Below are positions 10,565 through 20,914 of a stretch of DNA of 64,000 nt, piece after piece. Each line of letters opens with the position of its first letter. The stretch's first letter is position 1. The DNA is taken from the sequence record OP123707.1, one strand, 5' to 3'. The position numbers and the translations under genes are program-made. A model generated the notes under the pieces. It did no database searches. It was not told the DNA's origin and saw only the letters and a list, made by a program, of their open reading frames with translations.

Positions 10565-11445
10565 TGAATATCCTTGAGTACAAAAACAACCTAAAGTCGG
10601 TGAAGAAACAAGACTTGCTAAAAGTCATCAAAGATCACCGCAACTTTATTGAAGGTGCAAACGACAACCTACGTCTGTTGCAGTCAGAAGGCATTCCTCT
10701 AAGCCAGGCTATGCAAGGCTGGAAAAATGCCCCGTTGTTGTTCAAAGCAATGCGTGGTAAAACACCGAATTCAATTTCGATGGAAGCCATCGTTAATGCA
10801 GCGATCGTGAACATCACTAAGTTACTGGATGCGCTTGAAAAAGACTTCTCAGCAGGTTCGAATGTGATCGGTAAAGAAACCGCGACCATCCGTGAACTGA
10901 ACGGTCTGTTGTTGGATTCGTACATCGGTTTCTGGGCGGACTACTTAGCTCGTCTGATGAACATGTTCACTTCAATGATGGTGAAAGGCAAAACGGCTGA
11001 GCAGGTTACGCAAAAGCCAGACCTAGAGTTCTTGAACAACGAGATGGCTCGTTTCGGTGAGTTAACTGATCTGTTCTTTGAGCGTGGCGGTATCATCATC
11101 AAACGTTACAACGCTTCACCTAAGTTACTAGCAGATGACCAAACGGTTGACGTGCTAGAGCAAACCAAAGGTAAAGACGCAGTATTGGTAATGACGACTC
11201 GTAACTTCGGTCCGCATTCCCTAAACCCAGGTTACTGGTGGGGTATGTTCCAAATGGAACTTGCGTTGACGAACTACGAGAAACAACAGAACTCGATCGA
11301 AGCGAACGCGCAGAAGATCAGTTACTACCAAGACTTGCAACACAAAGCGCCATCGCCTGCTAACGAACAGATGATCGCGAAGTTGGAAGAACGCATCATC
11401 AAGTCGCAAGCTCGTATGGAAGAAATCGAAGCACGTTACGCATAA
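10564..11445 (+). CDS. Inner body protein (phiKZ gp90-like)
   Basis: 293 aa, helical, TAATG coupling; synteny and size. Confidence 0.6.
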   Translation: MNILEYKNNLKSVKKQDLLKVIKDHRNFIEGANDNLRLLQSEGIPLSQAMQGWKNAPLLFKAMRGKTPNSISMEAIVNAAIVNITKLLDALEKDFSAGSNVIGKETATIRELNGLLLDSYIGFWADYLARLMNMFTSMMVKGKTAEQVTQKPDLEFLNNEMARFGELTDLFFERGGIIIKRYNASPKLLADDQTVDVLEQTKGKDAVLVMTTRNFGPHSLNPGYWWGMFQMELALTNYEKQQNSIEANAQKISYYQDLQHKAPSPANEQMIAKLEERIIKSQARMEEIEARYA

Positions 11446-11456
11446 GGGAGTAAACA

Positions 11457-11975
11457 ATGAGTGACTTTCGTAAAGTTACCTACGGCTATGCTGATAGTCG
11501 TTTAATGGACCCTACGCTAACGGTGATGAACGGCATTCTTCGTGCTTACGTTAAAAGTTCGCAAGACATGGAGATGATGATCGACCCAGGTTCTATTAAA
11601 GAAACCCTGGAGTTGGCCCAGAAATTCATCGGTGGGGATTTCAAACACTGGATGATGGCTAACTACGATCACGGTCAAGGTCCACGTGCACGCTTAGTGC
11701 GTAACATCGTGAAGTTCTTGAACGGTGACATCTCAGCTCGCACACTAACTCAGTGCATCACTGCTGACGAACAATACGTGACGACCACGGAATTGAAGTT
11801 TGTGAAAGGTGCATTTCGCGGTGTAGTGGATCGTCGTGATTACGATGACGTAGAACGTGTCATGGCTGAACTGACTGATCGTGATTTCTACCTCTTAGTA
11901 GAAGGCATTGGTCCTCAGATGTTGGCTCGCATGTTGATCACTTTTAACGGAGAGTCTGCATATGGACGAAACTAA
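11457..11975 (+). CDS. Head protein (phiKZ gp91-like)
   Basis: 172 aa, GGGAG RBS; synteny and size. Confidence 0.6.
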   Translation: MSDFRKVTYGYADSRLMDPTLTVMNGILRAYVKSSQDMEMMIDPGSIKETLELAQKFIGGDFKHWMMANYDHGQGPRARLVRNIVKFLNGDISARTLTQCITADEQYVTTTELKFVKGAFRGVVDRRDYDDVERVMAELTDRDFYLLVEGIGPQMLARMLITFNGESAYGRN

Positions 11976-13242
11976 CGTTAACGACGAACTGGCTAGTATT
12001 AACGTCGTAACGTCTCCAGAACTAGCAGAGCAAGCTAACGAAGGTCGTGACCTAGTTCGTTTGCAAGAAGACATTCAACAGTCCATCGATCGTGTTGCTG
12101 CGGTTAAAGAAGTCCTAGGTGAAGCACAACCAAAAGACGTTAACCAGTTGTTCGGTAACATCGTCGATCGCCAACTAGAACGTGTTGGTGTTCGTTCCTT
12201 CGGTGACGACCCGAGTGTCAGTGGTCTAGAGAACCTCGGTTACGGCATGACGCCACAACAATACCTCGACAGTCGTCTCGCTGGCTGTGAATCATTCCTT
12301 AGTGAATTCGCGGATTGGTCTAAGAACGTAACTCGCAGTTTCTTCTCTGACATCATTGAACGTTTAGCGTCATTGAGAGAAGACCACGATTCTTTGGCTA
12401 AAAAGGCGGACGCGCTTACGGTGATCGTTAACGACCGAGAAACCGTGTTCCCGAAAGACCTGTTGTCTCTCGGTGCGGCTAATCGTGTCCTGTTAATGAA
12501 CGGCAGCATCCCAGCTGACTTAGTGGCGCAGGTCAATCGCTTCACGGCAACAACGCGTGCGATCACCACCAACTTCTACCGTTTGAACCAAGCGAACTCT
12601 AACGAGATCATTTCGTTCTTTGGTGGGTTTGTTGGTCTGAGTGAAGACGATGCTCGCAACCGTCTTCTGATGGCTCCTAAGGCATTGTCGAAGTACCAGT
12701 TCAAAGAAGCCATGTTCCAGGTTAAAGAAGAGTCTAACAACGTCTACCAGACACGCGGCAGCGTGGAGCTTTTAGGTGGACGTCGTTACTACAACTCTTT
12801 CTTGCTGAACCGTGACCCCCTTCCTGATTTCAACAGCCTTTCTGAGTGGTTGGAGATTTACCGTAAACATGAGTGTGTGGAACTTCGTAAGGGTGACCAT
12901 GCGAACGAAGGTGAACTTCAAGTGAAAGGCTTAGATCGTGAAGCGGTAAGCAAAGCACTGAAAATGATCAAAGGCACATTACGTGACGTTGAGACCTTGT
13001 TTAAAGAAGGAGATCGTTATTTAGTGAATGGTGACGAGTATCGTAAATTACTGGCCGTGGTGAAAGATGGTGAGTGGGGTGATGAGGTGAAAGCCGAGAT
13101 CATTAACTCATTCACGTCTCTGATCATGACTCGTAACAGCGAACAAGTCAAAATGCGTTCGGATGTGGTTCGTTACTCTACATTGGTAATGATGGCTGTG
13201 ATGAACGTTTGTGACGCCTCTATGGAGCGAAGCAATGGATAA
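11962..13242 (+). CDS. Inner head protein (phiKZ gp92-like)
   Basis: 426 aa; SGLE and AGCE sites followed by the helix SFLSEFADWSKNVTRSFF. Confidence 0.65.
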   Translation: MDETNVNDELASINVVTSPELAEQANEGRDLVRLQEDIQQSIDRVAAVKEVLGEAQPKDVNQLFGNIVDRQLERVGVRSFGDDPSVSGLENLGYGMTPQQYLDSRLAGCESFLSEFADWSKNVTRSFFSDIIERLASLREDHDSLAKKADALTVIVNDRETVFPKDLLSLGAANRVLLMNGSIPADLVAQVNRFTATTRAITTNFYRLNQANSNEIISFFGGFVGLSEDDARNRLLMAPKALSKYQFKEAMFQVKEESNNVYQTRGSVELLGGRRYYNSFLLNRDPLPDFNSLSEWLEIYRKHECVELRKGDHANEGELQVKGLDREAVSKALKMIKGTLRDVETLFKEGDRYLVNGDEYRKLLAVVKDGEWGDEVKAEIINSFTSLIMTRNSEQVKMRSDVVRYSTLVMMAVMNVCDASMERSNG

Positions 13243-14194
13243 TCCTGATTACACCCCGGAAGAGATGCAACGTGCGCTACAAGCGTTGAGTGGAGAAGAA
13301 TCTTTATTCAGTGACATTAAAGCGGCGTTGGGTTTCGAAACGAGTAAGGTGGAACAGGTGGAAGGATTGACCAATGGTAAATTGGTCAGTCAATTCGCTT
13401 TAGGTGCGAATACAGTCGGTCGTCTAACGGCCAAGGCGTTGGGTTATAATGCCGGAGTGATCAGCACTCTGTTGACCCGTGCTAAGTCTGTGGACACACA
13501 TGAAGTGAAATGCTCAGGTAAGTTGATCGGTGACCTCACCGCCCAAGGAGATTTAGATCATTTGCTCAGTGATCAGAAAACTCTTTCGGAAACCATCACG
13601 ATGGTCATGAAGTACCAAAGTGAACTCGAGTCGTACGGAAAGGAAATCCAGACGTTGATGAAAGGCGCAGCCTCCGCCAAAGACAACGCTAAGATGACCG
13701 AGTACTCAACTCGACTAGGTGGGGTTACCGTGCCTGTGTTGAAACTTTCTAATAAAGAAGGGGAAGGTTACGAGTCTGACACGTTACCGATGGGTAAGAC
13801 GATTAGCTCTAAACCAACCAACAACGCAGTTACGTATCAACTTAACGGCAACGCAGGATCAGTGAGCGAGGCTGAACACCAATTTGATTCTGCGGAACTT
13901 TCCAAGTTCCTCAATCAACTGAAGTGGGTCAACACTCAGCAGAAAGCGTTGAGTGAGATGATTAATCGTTACGCCAAATTCGTAAAAGAGTGGGGTAGTA
14001 CGGTGAAAGACCTACAAGGACATCTAGATAAGACTGAAGGGATTTCTAAGTCTGTGGAAAATGCGTTAGTGACTCACATGTCGCTGAACAGTTCGCAAAT
14101 CGAATTCTACACGACGTTCCTACCTCGACTTATCGCCTACCTTAACCATTACGTTACCCAAGGTTGCGATCTGGCAACAGTAGTAACTAAATAA
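13235..14194 (+). CDS. Inner head protein, divergent family member with short propeptide
   Basis: Start moved to ATG 13235 (GGAG 7 nt upstream); SGEE-SLFSDIK site near the N-terminus. Confidence 0.6.
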   Translation: MDNPDYTPEEMQRALQALSGEESLFSDIKAALGFETSKVEQVEGLTNGKLVSQFALGANTVGRLTAKALGYNAGVISTLLTRAKSVDTHEVKCSGKLIGDLTAQGDLDHLLSDQKTLSETITMVMKYQSELESYGKEIQTLMKGAASAKDNAKMTEYSTRLGGVTVPVLKLSNKEGEGYESDTLPMGKTISSKPTNNAVTYQLNGNAGSVSEAEHQFDSAELSKFLNQLKWVNTQQKALSEMINRYAKFVKEWGSTVKDLQGHLDKTEGISKSVENALVTHMSLNSSQIEFYTTFLPRLIAYLNHYVTQGCDLATVVTK

Positions 14195-14214
14195 ACGTCA
14201 TAAAGGGGACTATC

Positions 14215-15507
14215 ATGTCACTGACTATTAAACAAATCCTAGCAGCACAAGCTGGTATGGAAAACCTCGACACAGCAGCGGTAGAAGTGCCTGAACTTAC
14301 TCCGGTTGAGCAAGCTGATCTACAAAACGAAGTAGAGCATGCTCGTCTAGAAAACGAGATTCGTGAGAACTCTAAAGAGATCTCTCAACTTGCTGACGCG
14401 ATCGAAGAAGTTGACGAAGACGTTGAAGAACTGGAAGAAACCGTTGCAGGTCTTGAGTTCTTAGCAGCACAACCAGAACTGAACCGTGGTGCAATGAATT
14501 ACCTGTACCACCGCGCAAGCAAAATTGTTCATCGCCTAGGTGGTGAAACAACAGAGCAAGTAGTGGGTAATGAGTCGCTGGAATCAGACGATGTCTACCG
14601 AGCAGCAGTAGTATCTGGTTGTGAAGGCTTCATGGATACCATGAAGAAGGCTTACAACGCTACAGCAGATTTCGTGAAGTCCATTTTCTACAAACTGTTA
14701 GACGGCATTAAATCTTTGTTCAACATCTCTTTTGATCAAGCTAAGAAAGCTGAAAAGTTAAAAGAAGCAATTAAAGACAAAGAGGTCAAAACTGAGATCA
14801 CCCTAGGTGGCTGGAACCGTTTCTTTAATGGTAAGCTCTCAACTAACGATAACGCTTTGAAAGCGATCGGTGCGGTTATCCCTGATTTTGGCGCACTCCT
14901 GAAAGACTTCTCAGGCTCCACGGAATTCACTAAAGAGACCAATGAGAAATTGGTGAAGGATATGCTTGCCGTTGGTAAAAAGTTCGATGACGCTGGAAGA
15001 AAAAATACCGCAAACATTTTCATCTTCGGTCATAATTCCATCACTGCACACCGAACCTCCGATGCGACATTCATCAAGTGGTGTGTTCCTTATGAAAGCG
15101 ACGGTTGGGATGCCAGCAACATTGAAAAGGCAATAAATGAATTCGATTTCAATGTTACCGCTTGGGATAAAATCAACATTGACAGTTCCGCAAAACTGAC
15201 AGGTAAACATCAACCTATGATCACCAAGTTCCATGTTGATGCGCTTTTCAACACAATCGCTTCAAACAGTGAACTTGTTAAGAAGTTAAAATCAGATGTT
15301 GAAGGTCTAAAATCGACTGTTGATGGTATCGTTAGCAAGTTGAAACAAGGTCCTAAGAACGATTCTGGTGATGCAGAAGCAACTAAGAAAGCGATCAGTG
15401 TTCTTAAGAAACTGATTGCCAAGTACAGTCAGTTAGTGAACAACTATTGTCGTGTTGTTTCTAATATTGACGCTGCTAAACTAGCTGGAATCAAAGCACA
15501 CTTCTAA
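14215..15507 (+). CDS. Inner head paralog 1 (phiKZ gp93/94/95-type family)
   Basis: AGME, AGLE, VGNE and SGCE sites; acidic coiled-coil propeptide; LGGW motif; ends KAHF. Confidence 0.75.
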   Translation: MSLTIKQILAAQAGMENLDTAAVEVPELTPVEQADLQNEVEHARLENEIRENSKEISQLADAIEEVDEDVEELEETVAGLEFLAAQPELNRGAMNYLYHRASKIVHRLGGETTEQVVGNESLESDDVYRAAVVSGCEGFMDTMKKAYNATADFVKSIFYKLLDGIKSLFNISFDQAKKAEKLKEAIKDKEVKTEITLGGWNRFFNGKLSTNDNALKAIGAVIPDFGALLKDFSGSTEFTKETNEKLVKDMLAVGKKFDDAGRKNTANIFIFGHNSITAHRTSDATFIKWCVPYESDGWDASNIEKAINEFDFNVTAWDKINIDSSAKLTGKHQPMITKFHVDALFNTIASNSELVKKLKSDVEGLKSTVDGIVSKLKQGPKNDSGDAEATKKAISVLKKLIAKYSQLVNNYCRVVSNIDAAKLAGIKAHF

Positions 15508-15514
15508 TTTAATG

Positions 15515-15557
15515 AGGGTCGGGGTTACGACCCCGGTCCTTAATATTTCATTTTTTT
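15515..15557 (+). terminator. Hairpin with UACG loop, possible terminator or stabiliser
   Basis: AGGGTCGGGGT-TACG-ACCCCGGTCCT followed by a delayed T-rich tract. Confidence 0.55.
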
Positions 15558-15580
15558 AATCATCGTCAAAGGAAAAAATA

Positions 15581-16753
15581 ATGAAACGTAACATTACTCA
15601 TACGCTGCGTGCCATGGCAGGTATGGAATCTATGGCTGAAGAACTACCTTTAGAAAGTCAGATTGAGTTGGCTGGTGATGTGGCTGAACTTCGTGCTGAA
15701 GCTGAAACCAAAGAACTTGAAAAAGAAATTCAAGAAATGGGTGAGCAGGCAATTGTTGAAGATGAGTTACGTAAAGAGCTTGAAGACTGTGTTGACGGCA
15801 TGGAGTTCCTTAAACAACACCCGAACCCTCAGGCGATGGTGTTGCTTTACAACCGCGCTGACCGCATCCATGTTAAGTTAGGCGGAGTATCTACTAAACC
15901 TCGCGCAGGCATGGAGTCGGTAGACACACGCACTCTAGAAGCTCACATGATTGTTGGTTGTGAGTCTTTCATGGATACCTTGAAGAAAGGTGCGGATGAT
16001 ACTTGGAAGTTCTTGAAGGCTTTGTGGGAACGTCTGGTGGCCTACGTCGTCGAGAAGACTAACGCCGCTAAACGACTAAGTACTCGCATGGATAAACTCA
16101 TTAAGAAGTTAGAGTCTGACGAAACTGAGATCAAGGAAGAAGTCACATACGGCAAATGGACTGCGTACATGGCTATGTTCTCCAATGGGCGTACTACACC
16201 GATCCAAGAAATCAGTAAACGCTTGGTCAACTCCATCATACCAAAAGACTCAGCAGAAGGTCTAGTTGCAAACGCGAAACACATCCACGAGACTCTTACG
16301 AGCTTCACTTCCAAACTGTCTGAAACCACTAAAACTGAAAAAGGCAAAATGGTTCGTGTTTTCTCTAAAGAAGGTTTGGATTTGGAATACCTTAGCGCGC
16401 GTCCAGAAACAGTCAAGGAAGCGCTGGAGTTCTACCGTACTTTCCGTAAACATGATTTTAAAGTAAACTACACTGCTAAAGAAAAATCATTCCGTCCAAC
16501 CATGCCTAAATCAGGTTACTTGTCGTTCGCTAAACATGTTAAAGAGATCGCGGAAGAAGTGTTCGAACAAGAAGCTATTGCTAAACAAGGTGAGCGCGAA
16601 GTTACTAAAACTACAAAAGAGCTAGATAAAGACGTTCGTGATCTGTTGCGTGCTCAGTCTCGTTTCACCACAGCTATCTTGACCTACGTTACCAGCCAGC
16701 GTTTGAAATATGCTCAGGCATCAGCTGATTACGTCGCAGCTTGTATCAAATAA
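15581..16753 (+). CDS. Inner head paralog 2
   Basis: AGME, DGME, AGME and VGCE sites; YNRADRIHVKLGG; YGKW motif. Confidence 0.75.
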   Translation: MKRNITHTLRAMAGMESMAEELPLESQIELAGDVAELRAEAETKELEKEIQEMGEQAIVEDELRKELEDCVDGMEFLKQHPNPQAMVLLYNRADRIHVKLGGVSTKPRAGMESVDTRTLEAHMIVGCESFMDTLKKGADDTWKFLKALWERLVAYVVEKTNAAKRLSTRMDKLIKKLESDETEIKEEVTYGKWTAYMAMFSNGRTTPIQEISKRLVNSIIPKDSAEGLVANAKHIHETLTSFTSKLSETTKTEKGKMVRVFSKEGLDLEYLSARPETVKEALEFYRTFRKHDFKVNYTAKEKSFRPTMPKSGYLSFAKHVKEIAEEVFEQEAIAKQGEREVTKTTKELDKDVRDLLRAQSRFTTAILTYVTSQRLKYAQASADYVAACIK

Positions 16754-16834
16754 GTTTAGACTAAGGTGATTTTTACTTTAACATGATTAACTTCACTGAA
16801 CTTTACCTGAGCGATAACGCTAAACTAATCTAAT

Positions 16835-16875
16835 GAGGGTCGGGGTTTCGGCCCCGACCCTCTACTTTACTTTTT
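16835..16875 (+). terminator. Intrinsic terminator with UUCG loop
   Basis: GAGGGTCGGGGT-TTCG-GCCCCGACCCTC followed by TACTTTACTTTTT. Confidence 0.75.
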
Positions 16876-16903
16876 CACTAACAACCTCTATTAAGGAATC
16901 ATA

Positions 16904-18103
16904 ATGAAACGTAATGTAGTTCAAGGTTTACGTATTTTGGCGGGAATGGAAACACTTGAACCAGCACCAATTTCTCTAGAAGCGCAAGTTAAGTTAGAAG
17001 ACGAGCTAGCAGATCAACGTGCGGATAACGAGATCATCGAGCTGGCTAAAGACATCGATGAGAGTGTGGAAGAACTCCAAGAACGTGAAGAATTAGAACA
17101 AGAACTTACGGAAGTAGTGGATGGTATGGAGTTCTTATTAAAGAACAACAACCCTCAGGCTTTCGGCATCCTTTACGCTCGCGCTAACCGTATCCATGTT
17201 AAGTTGGGTGGTCAGTGCACACTACCACGTGGCGGCATGGAATCTATTGACGCTCGTCGTATTGAAGCGCATGCCATCGTCGGTATGGAGTCTTTCATGG
17301 ACACTCTCAAAAATGGTGTAGAAATTGGTAAAGACTTAATCCGCCGTGCATTCCAATTCCTTATGGATCTTTGGAGTACAGTAATGTCTTCTGAGTCTCG
17401 CACTAAGCGTAAGATTGAAGATCTTAAAGCTCGTCTGGAAAAGAACGGTCTTAAAGAGAAAGTGAAACTTGGTGACTGGGCCCACTTCTATCCAAAATAC
17501 TCCACTTTAAGTGAAGAAAAAATAGAAGCGTTAAAAGAAGGAAACGAAGGAGCTGAAGCCTTTGAGTCGTTCTTTACCAACCTTGATGGTAAGTTAAATA
17601 GCCAAATGACGGTTGTTCAACACTGCATTGCTATGCACCAAGGTATTAAGTCTTACTTCAGTCTACCTCAAGCTAACGTCGTTAAGAACGGTGACTACCT
17701 TCACCTACGCGCACCGCTAGTAAACGGTTATCGTGTGTTGGATAAAGAAATTGACGACACGTATGACGCGATTGACTTCTTAAACTCGATTCGCGTTCTC
17801 CCACCTATGACGGAGAAACCGAACGGTAACGAAGTCCCAAGAGTATTTGACGAAGAGATGATCAAAAATTATCTTAATGAGTTCCTTCCAGAGACAATGG
17901 ATAAGTTGAAAAATGCCAAGTCTGTGATTAAAGAAACTAAAGATAATATGAACCGTTTGATCGGAAAAGAACAAGATCCGATTACTCGTAAAATTTTCAA
18001 GGCTTACCTAACGGCGGTTGTTAACGTTTATTCTGGCAACCTGCGTGAAACCCAACGTATTTTAAATAATGAGTTGGAAATGGTGAAAGCACACATCGCT
18101 TAA
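16904..18103 (+). CDS. Inner head paralog 3
   Basis: AGME, DGME, GGME and VGME sites; YARANRIHVKLGG; LGDW motif; ends KAHIA. Confidence 0.75.
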   Translation: MKRNVVQGLRILAGMETLEPAPISLEAQVKLEDELADQRADNEIIELAKDIDESVEELQEREELEQELTEVVDGMEFLLKNNNPQAFGILYARANRIHVKLGGQCTLPRGGMESIDARRIEAHAIVGMESFMDTLKNGVEIGKDLIRRAFQFLMDLWSTVMSSESRTKRKIEDLKARLEKNGLKEKVKLGDWAHFYPKYSTLSEEKIEALKEGNEGAEAFESFFTNLDGKLNSQMTVVQHCIAMHQGIKSYFSLPQANVVKNGDYLHLRAPLVNGYRVLDKEIDDTYDAIDFLNSIRVLPPMTEKPNGNEVPRVFDEEMIKNYLNEFLPETMDKLKNAKSVIKETKDNMNRLIGKEQDPITRKIFKAYLTAVVNVYSGNLRETQRILNNELEMVKAHIA

Positions 18104-18111
18104 TCACAACC

Positions 18112-18181
18112 TAAGGTAGTCTTCGGGCTACCTTATCTTAATCTATCACGGTGGATTAAGATAAGACCGGACGCGGTCTTA
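18112..18181 (+). other. Three consecutive RNA hairpins in a 104-nt spacer
   Basis: Stems 18112-21/18126-35 (loop TTCG), 18134-45/18152-63 and 18162-69/18174-81 (loop GACG); no U-tract. Confidence 0.7.
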
Positions 18182-18207
18182 GTTCAATACTTCATGAAGG
18201 ATAACTT

Positions 18208-19464
18208 ATGAACATTCGTAACCAACTGGCTTCATTAGCAGGCATGGAAGGCTTTGGCTCTATGTCTCGTGATGAGGTCACTGATGATCTCCATCAATCG
18301 ATTATTAAAAACATTTTTAATACCGGTGATAAAGACAACCTTTCACCTCCTACCGATTTAGAACAACAGAAAGTCGACGAAACGCTAGCAGCAGCGACGA
18401 CTGACCTAAATGAATCAGAAAAACTTGTAGAACTTTATCTTGAGCAAGAGCAAGCTCAGGAAGAAGCCGTGCAAGATCTCCATAAAGCCGTAGACGGCAT
18501 GGAGCAGCTTCTAATGACTGAATATACGCCAGAGGTTTTAAACGTCCTCACGCGCCACACAGAGCGTTGTGCTAAACGTGCAGGTGTTCCGCTTGCTTTA
18601 GGTGTTAGCGGGATGGAATCTTTCACACCCGCTTCTGTGTATCTGGCGATGCGAGATGGCTTAGAATCATTGGCTAACGTAGAACGCGATAACGTCGGTT
18701 CCATTAAAGGTGGGTACGAGCGACTCACCCACATTTGTGACGATGTTGAAAAGCGTTTTGATCATTTACTGGTCAACTTACAACTTCTCATGAAACGCCT
18801 CAAAAACAATCCTGAGATTAAATCAGAGATTGTTCTAGGGGAGTGGAACAAATGGCTGGATGTCAGAGACCGTGCGCCTAGAAAGATCGTCCGTCTTGTT
18901 AACTTGATGGAAGTAGAATACATCTTAGACCGTATTAAAGTCTTGGATATCGTTTCTAAAGATGACTTAACATCAGCTAAGGCGCAAGAGTTGCTCAGCA
19001 AAGATATCAAGAAGTCTGTTGATGTATCTCGTGATCGTACTGAAGACGGAAAGAATCACAATGCGTGGGAGTTCCGTTTCAACACGGCTTGTTTCTATTT
19101 TGAACTGCCTAACCAGAACGGTACTTCTTTGGAAGCATTGAAAACGTACAACCTACGAATGCAACCATACGGTGGTCGTATTAACGACAAAGCGAAAAAG
19201 GTTTACCAGAGTGTTAACGAGATGGAAAGTGAGCTAGAGGAAATGATCTCTATTGCTGAAGAGACTCGCTCCACTTACGTAGACTGGCGTAAGACATTAA
19301 AGACGGAAGGTGGGATGGTGGTATCAGCGTTTAAGTCTGGTAAAGTTGATCCTAGCAAAGCTCTGGCTTACATCGGTTTACATAACCGCTTCATGGTGAC
19401 CGCACAACGTGGTATCTTCGAAATTATTTCAGCGTACGGACATTTGTTCCGTGCACACCTTTAA
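18208..19464 (+). CDS. Inner head paralog 4
   Basis: AGME, DGME, SGME and DGLE sites; LGEW motif; ends RAHL. Confidence 0.75.
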   Translation: MNIRNQLASLAGMEGFGSMSRDEVTDDLHQSIIKNIFNTGDKDNLSPPTDLEQQKVDETLAAATTDLNESEKLVELYLEQEQAQEEAVQDLHKAVDGMEQLLMTEYTPEVLNVLTRHTERCAKRAGVPLALGVSGMESFTPASVYLAMRDGLESLANVERDNVGSIKGGYERLTHICDDVEKRFDHLLVNLQLLMKRLKNNPEIKSEIVLGEWNKWLDVRDRAPRKIVRLVNLMEVEYILDRIKVLDIVSKDDLTSAKAQELLSKDIKKSVDVSRDRTEDGKNHNAWEFRFNTACFYFELPNQNGTSLEALKTYNLRMQPYGGRINDKAKKVYQSVNEMESELEEMISIAEETRSTYVDWRKTLKTEGGMVVSAFKSGKVDPSKALAYIGLHNRFMVTAQRGIFEIISAYGHLFRAHL

Positions 19465-19486
19465 TCTCAGTAATTAAGGAACAGTA

Positions 19487-20740
19487 ATGTCTAAATACAA
19501 ACACAACTCTCTGATTGCAGCCATGGGGTTTCAAGTTGCCGGGATGGAAAACCTTCCTGCGGAAACGGATACTCTCGAGATGAACCCAGTGGTTCTTCCT
19601 ACTGAAGAGGATCAAGAACGAGCCGCCGCTGAAGCCGAAATTAAGAAAGTCAGCGACGAATTGACTGCTGCGTTACAAGCCGATGCGGAACACCAACAAA
19701 CGGTCGCGGAAGCGACTGAAGCCATCTCGGGCTTGGAGTCCATGTTCCAAGGTGACTTTGATGAAGCTGTTTATCGTAAACATGTCGGTACCCTACAAGC
19801 AATTAGTGAACGCACAGAAGTCCCTCTTGCGGTTACTGTGGACGGTATGGAGTCCCTAAGTTCAGCACAGATTTATCTGGACACCATGAACGGTTTAGAA
19901 GGGTTCGTGGATAACTTGAAAAGTGCGGGTAAAACCATTAAACAGTTTATCATCCAGATCTACAAATACTTAAAAGAACTTTTCACGTCATTCGTAGATC
20001 ATTTTAAAAGCATTGAAAAACAGCTAGTCGAGACTCAGCGATTACTTAATAACGTAGATGAGATCAAGGGTCAGATTACCTTAAATAAAAAGTGGAACCA
20101 AGCACTTAATATTGGCGAAATTCCCATGATCAAAGTCAGAGATATGTCCGTTTTAATAGAAATGGCAGAGGACATTGGTGATGTTAATATTGGTCAAATA
20201 GTGGATAAATCGACTCCACTCAGCTCGAAAGCTATCAAGTTCTTTAAAGAGCGTATTACACAACAACCTGGAGTTAAATTGGTCGGCACAGCCACGGATA
20301 AAGGTCCTAGTAGTACGTCAGTCAAAACTGAGGTTTATGAATTGATAATCGGGAATGTGGAGCTTGGCTATTTCGTCCCGGCTTCGCTAGTCGAAGGAAT
20401 TGAATCGGTGAAAGCTTTTGAGGCATTGGAAGCCATTCGACCTGAAGTAACCGGTGGGGTTCGTGAGAGTGCTTACACCGGCAAACGTGAAATCACCCAG
20501 GAACTTCACGATTTGATAGGTTGTGCATCGGCCGCGAAAGCTGTATTTGAAAAATTGAAGCGAGACATTGATAAAGAACGTGACGCTTTGATCGCAAGGA
20601 TTAATGATCACGACACTTTTTCTGATCGTAATGGGGTTGCAGCAGGAGTAAAAGCAAAACGTAAGTATCTTGAAACAAATGAGAACACACTCTTTAAATT
20701 GCTGCAAGCTAAAAACCACTGTATTCGTGCTCACCTATAG
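19487..20740 (+). CDS. Inner head paralog 5
   Basis: AGME, SGLE, DGME and NGLE sites; ITLNKKW motif; ends RAHL. Confidence 0.75.
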   Translation: MSKYKHNSLIAAMGFQVAGMENLPAETDTLEMNPVVLPTEEDQERAAAEAEIKKVSDELTAALQADAEHQQTVAEATEAISGLESMFQGDFDEAVYRKHVGTLQAISERTEVPLAVTVDGMESLSSAQIYLDTMNGLEGFVDNLKSAGKTIKQFIIQIYKYLKELFTSFVDHFKSIEKQLVETQRLLNNVDEIKGQITLNKKWNQALNIGEIPMIKVRDMSVLIEMAEDIGDVNIGQIVDKSTPLSSKAIKFFKERITQQPGVKLVGTATDKGPSSTSVKTEVYELIIGNVELGYFVPASLVEGIESVKAFEALEAIRPEVTGGVRESAYTGKREITQELHDLIGCASAAKAVFEKLKRDIDKERDALIARINDHDTFSDRNGVAAGVKAKRKYLETNENTLFKLLQAKNHCIRAHL

Positions 20741-20756
20741 GTCTTGAGTATAATGG

Positions 20757-20788
20757 TTACCTCGTCCGTAGATTCATGGACGAGGTAA
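20757..20788. other. 13-bp hairpin upstream of paralog 6
   Basis: TTACCTCGTCCGT/ATGGACGAGGTAA with loop AGATTC and no clear U-tract. Confidence 0.6.
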
Positions 20789-20914
20789 TTATATGTAGAA
20801 TACTATAGTACTGTAGTGCTACACCTTTCGGAATTGTATGTGACAGTTCCGTTTAGATAATTTAATTAAATTCTCTAGTCAAAAGACTAAACTAATTTTA
20901 AAGGAAACATTGAT

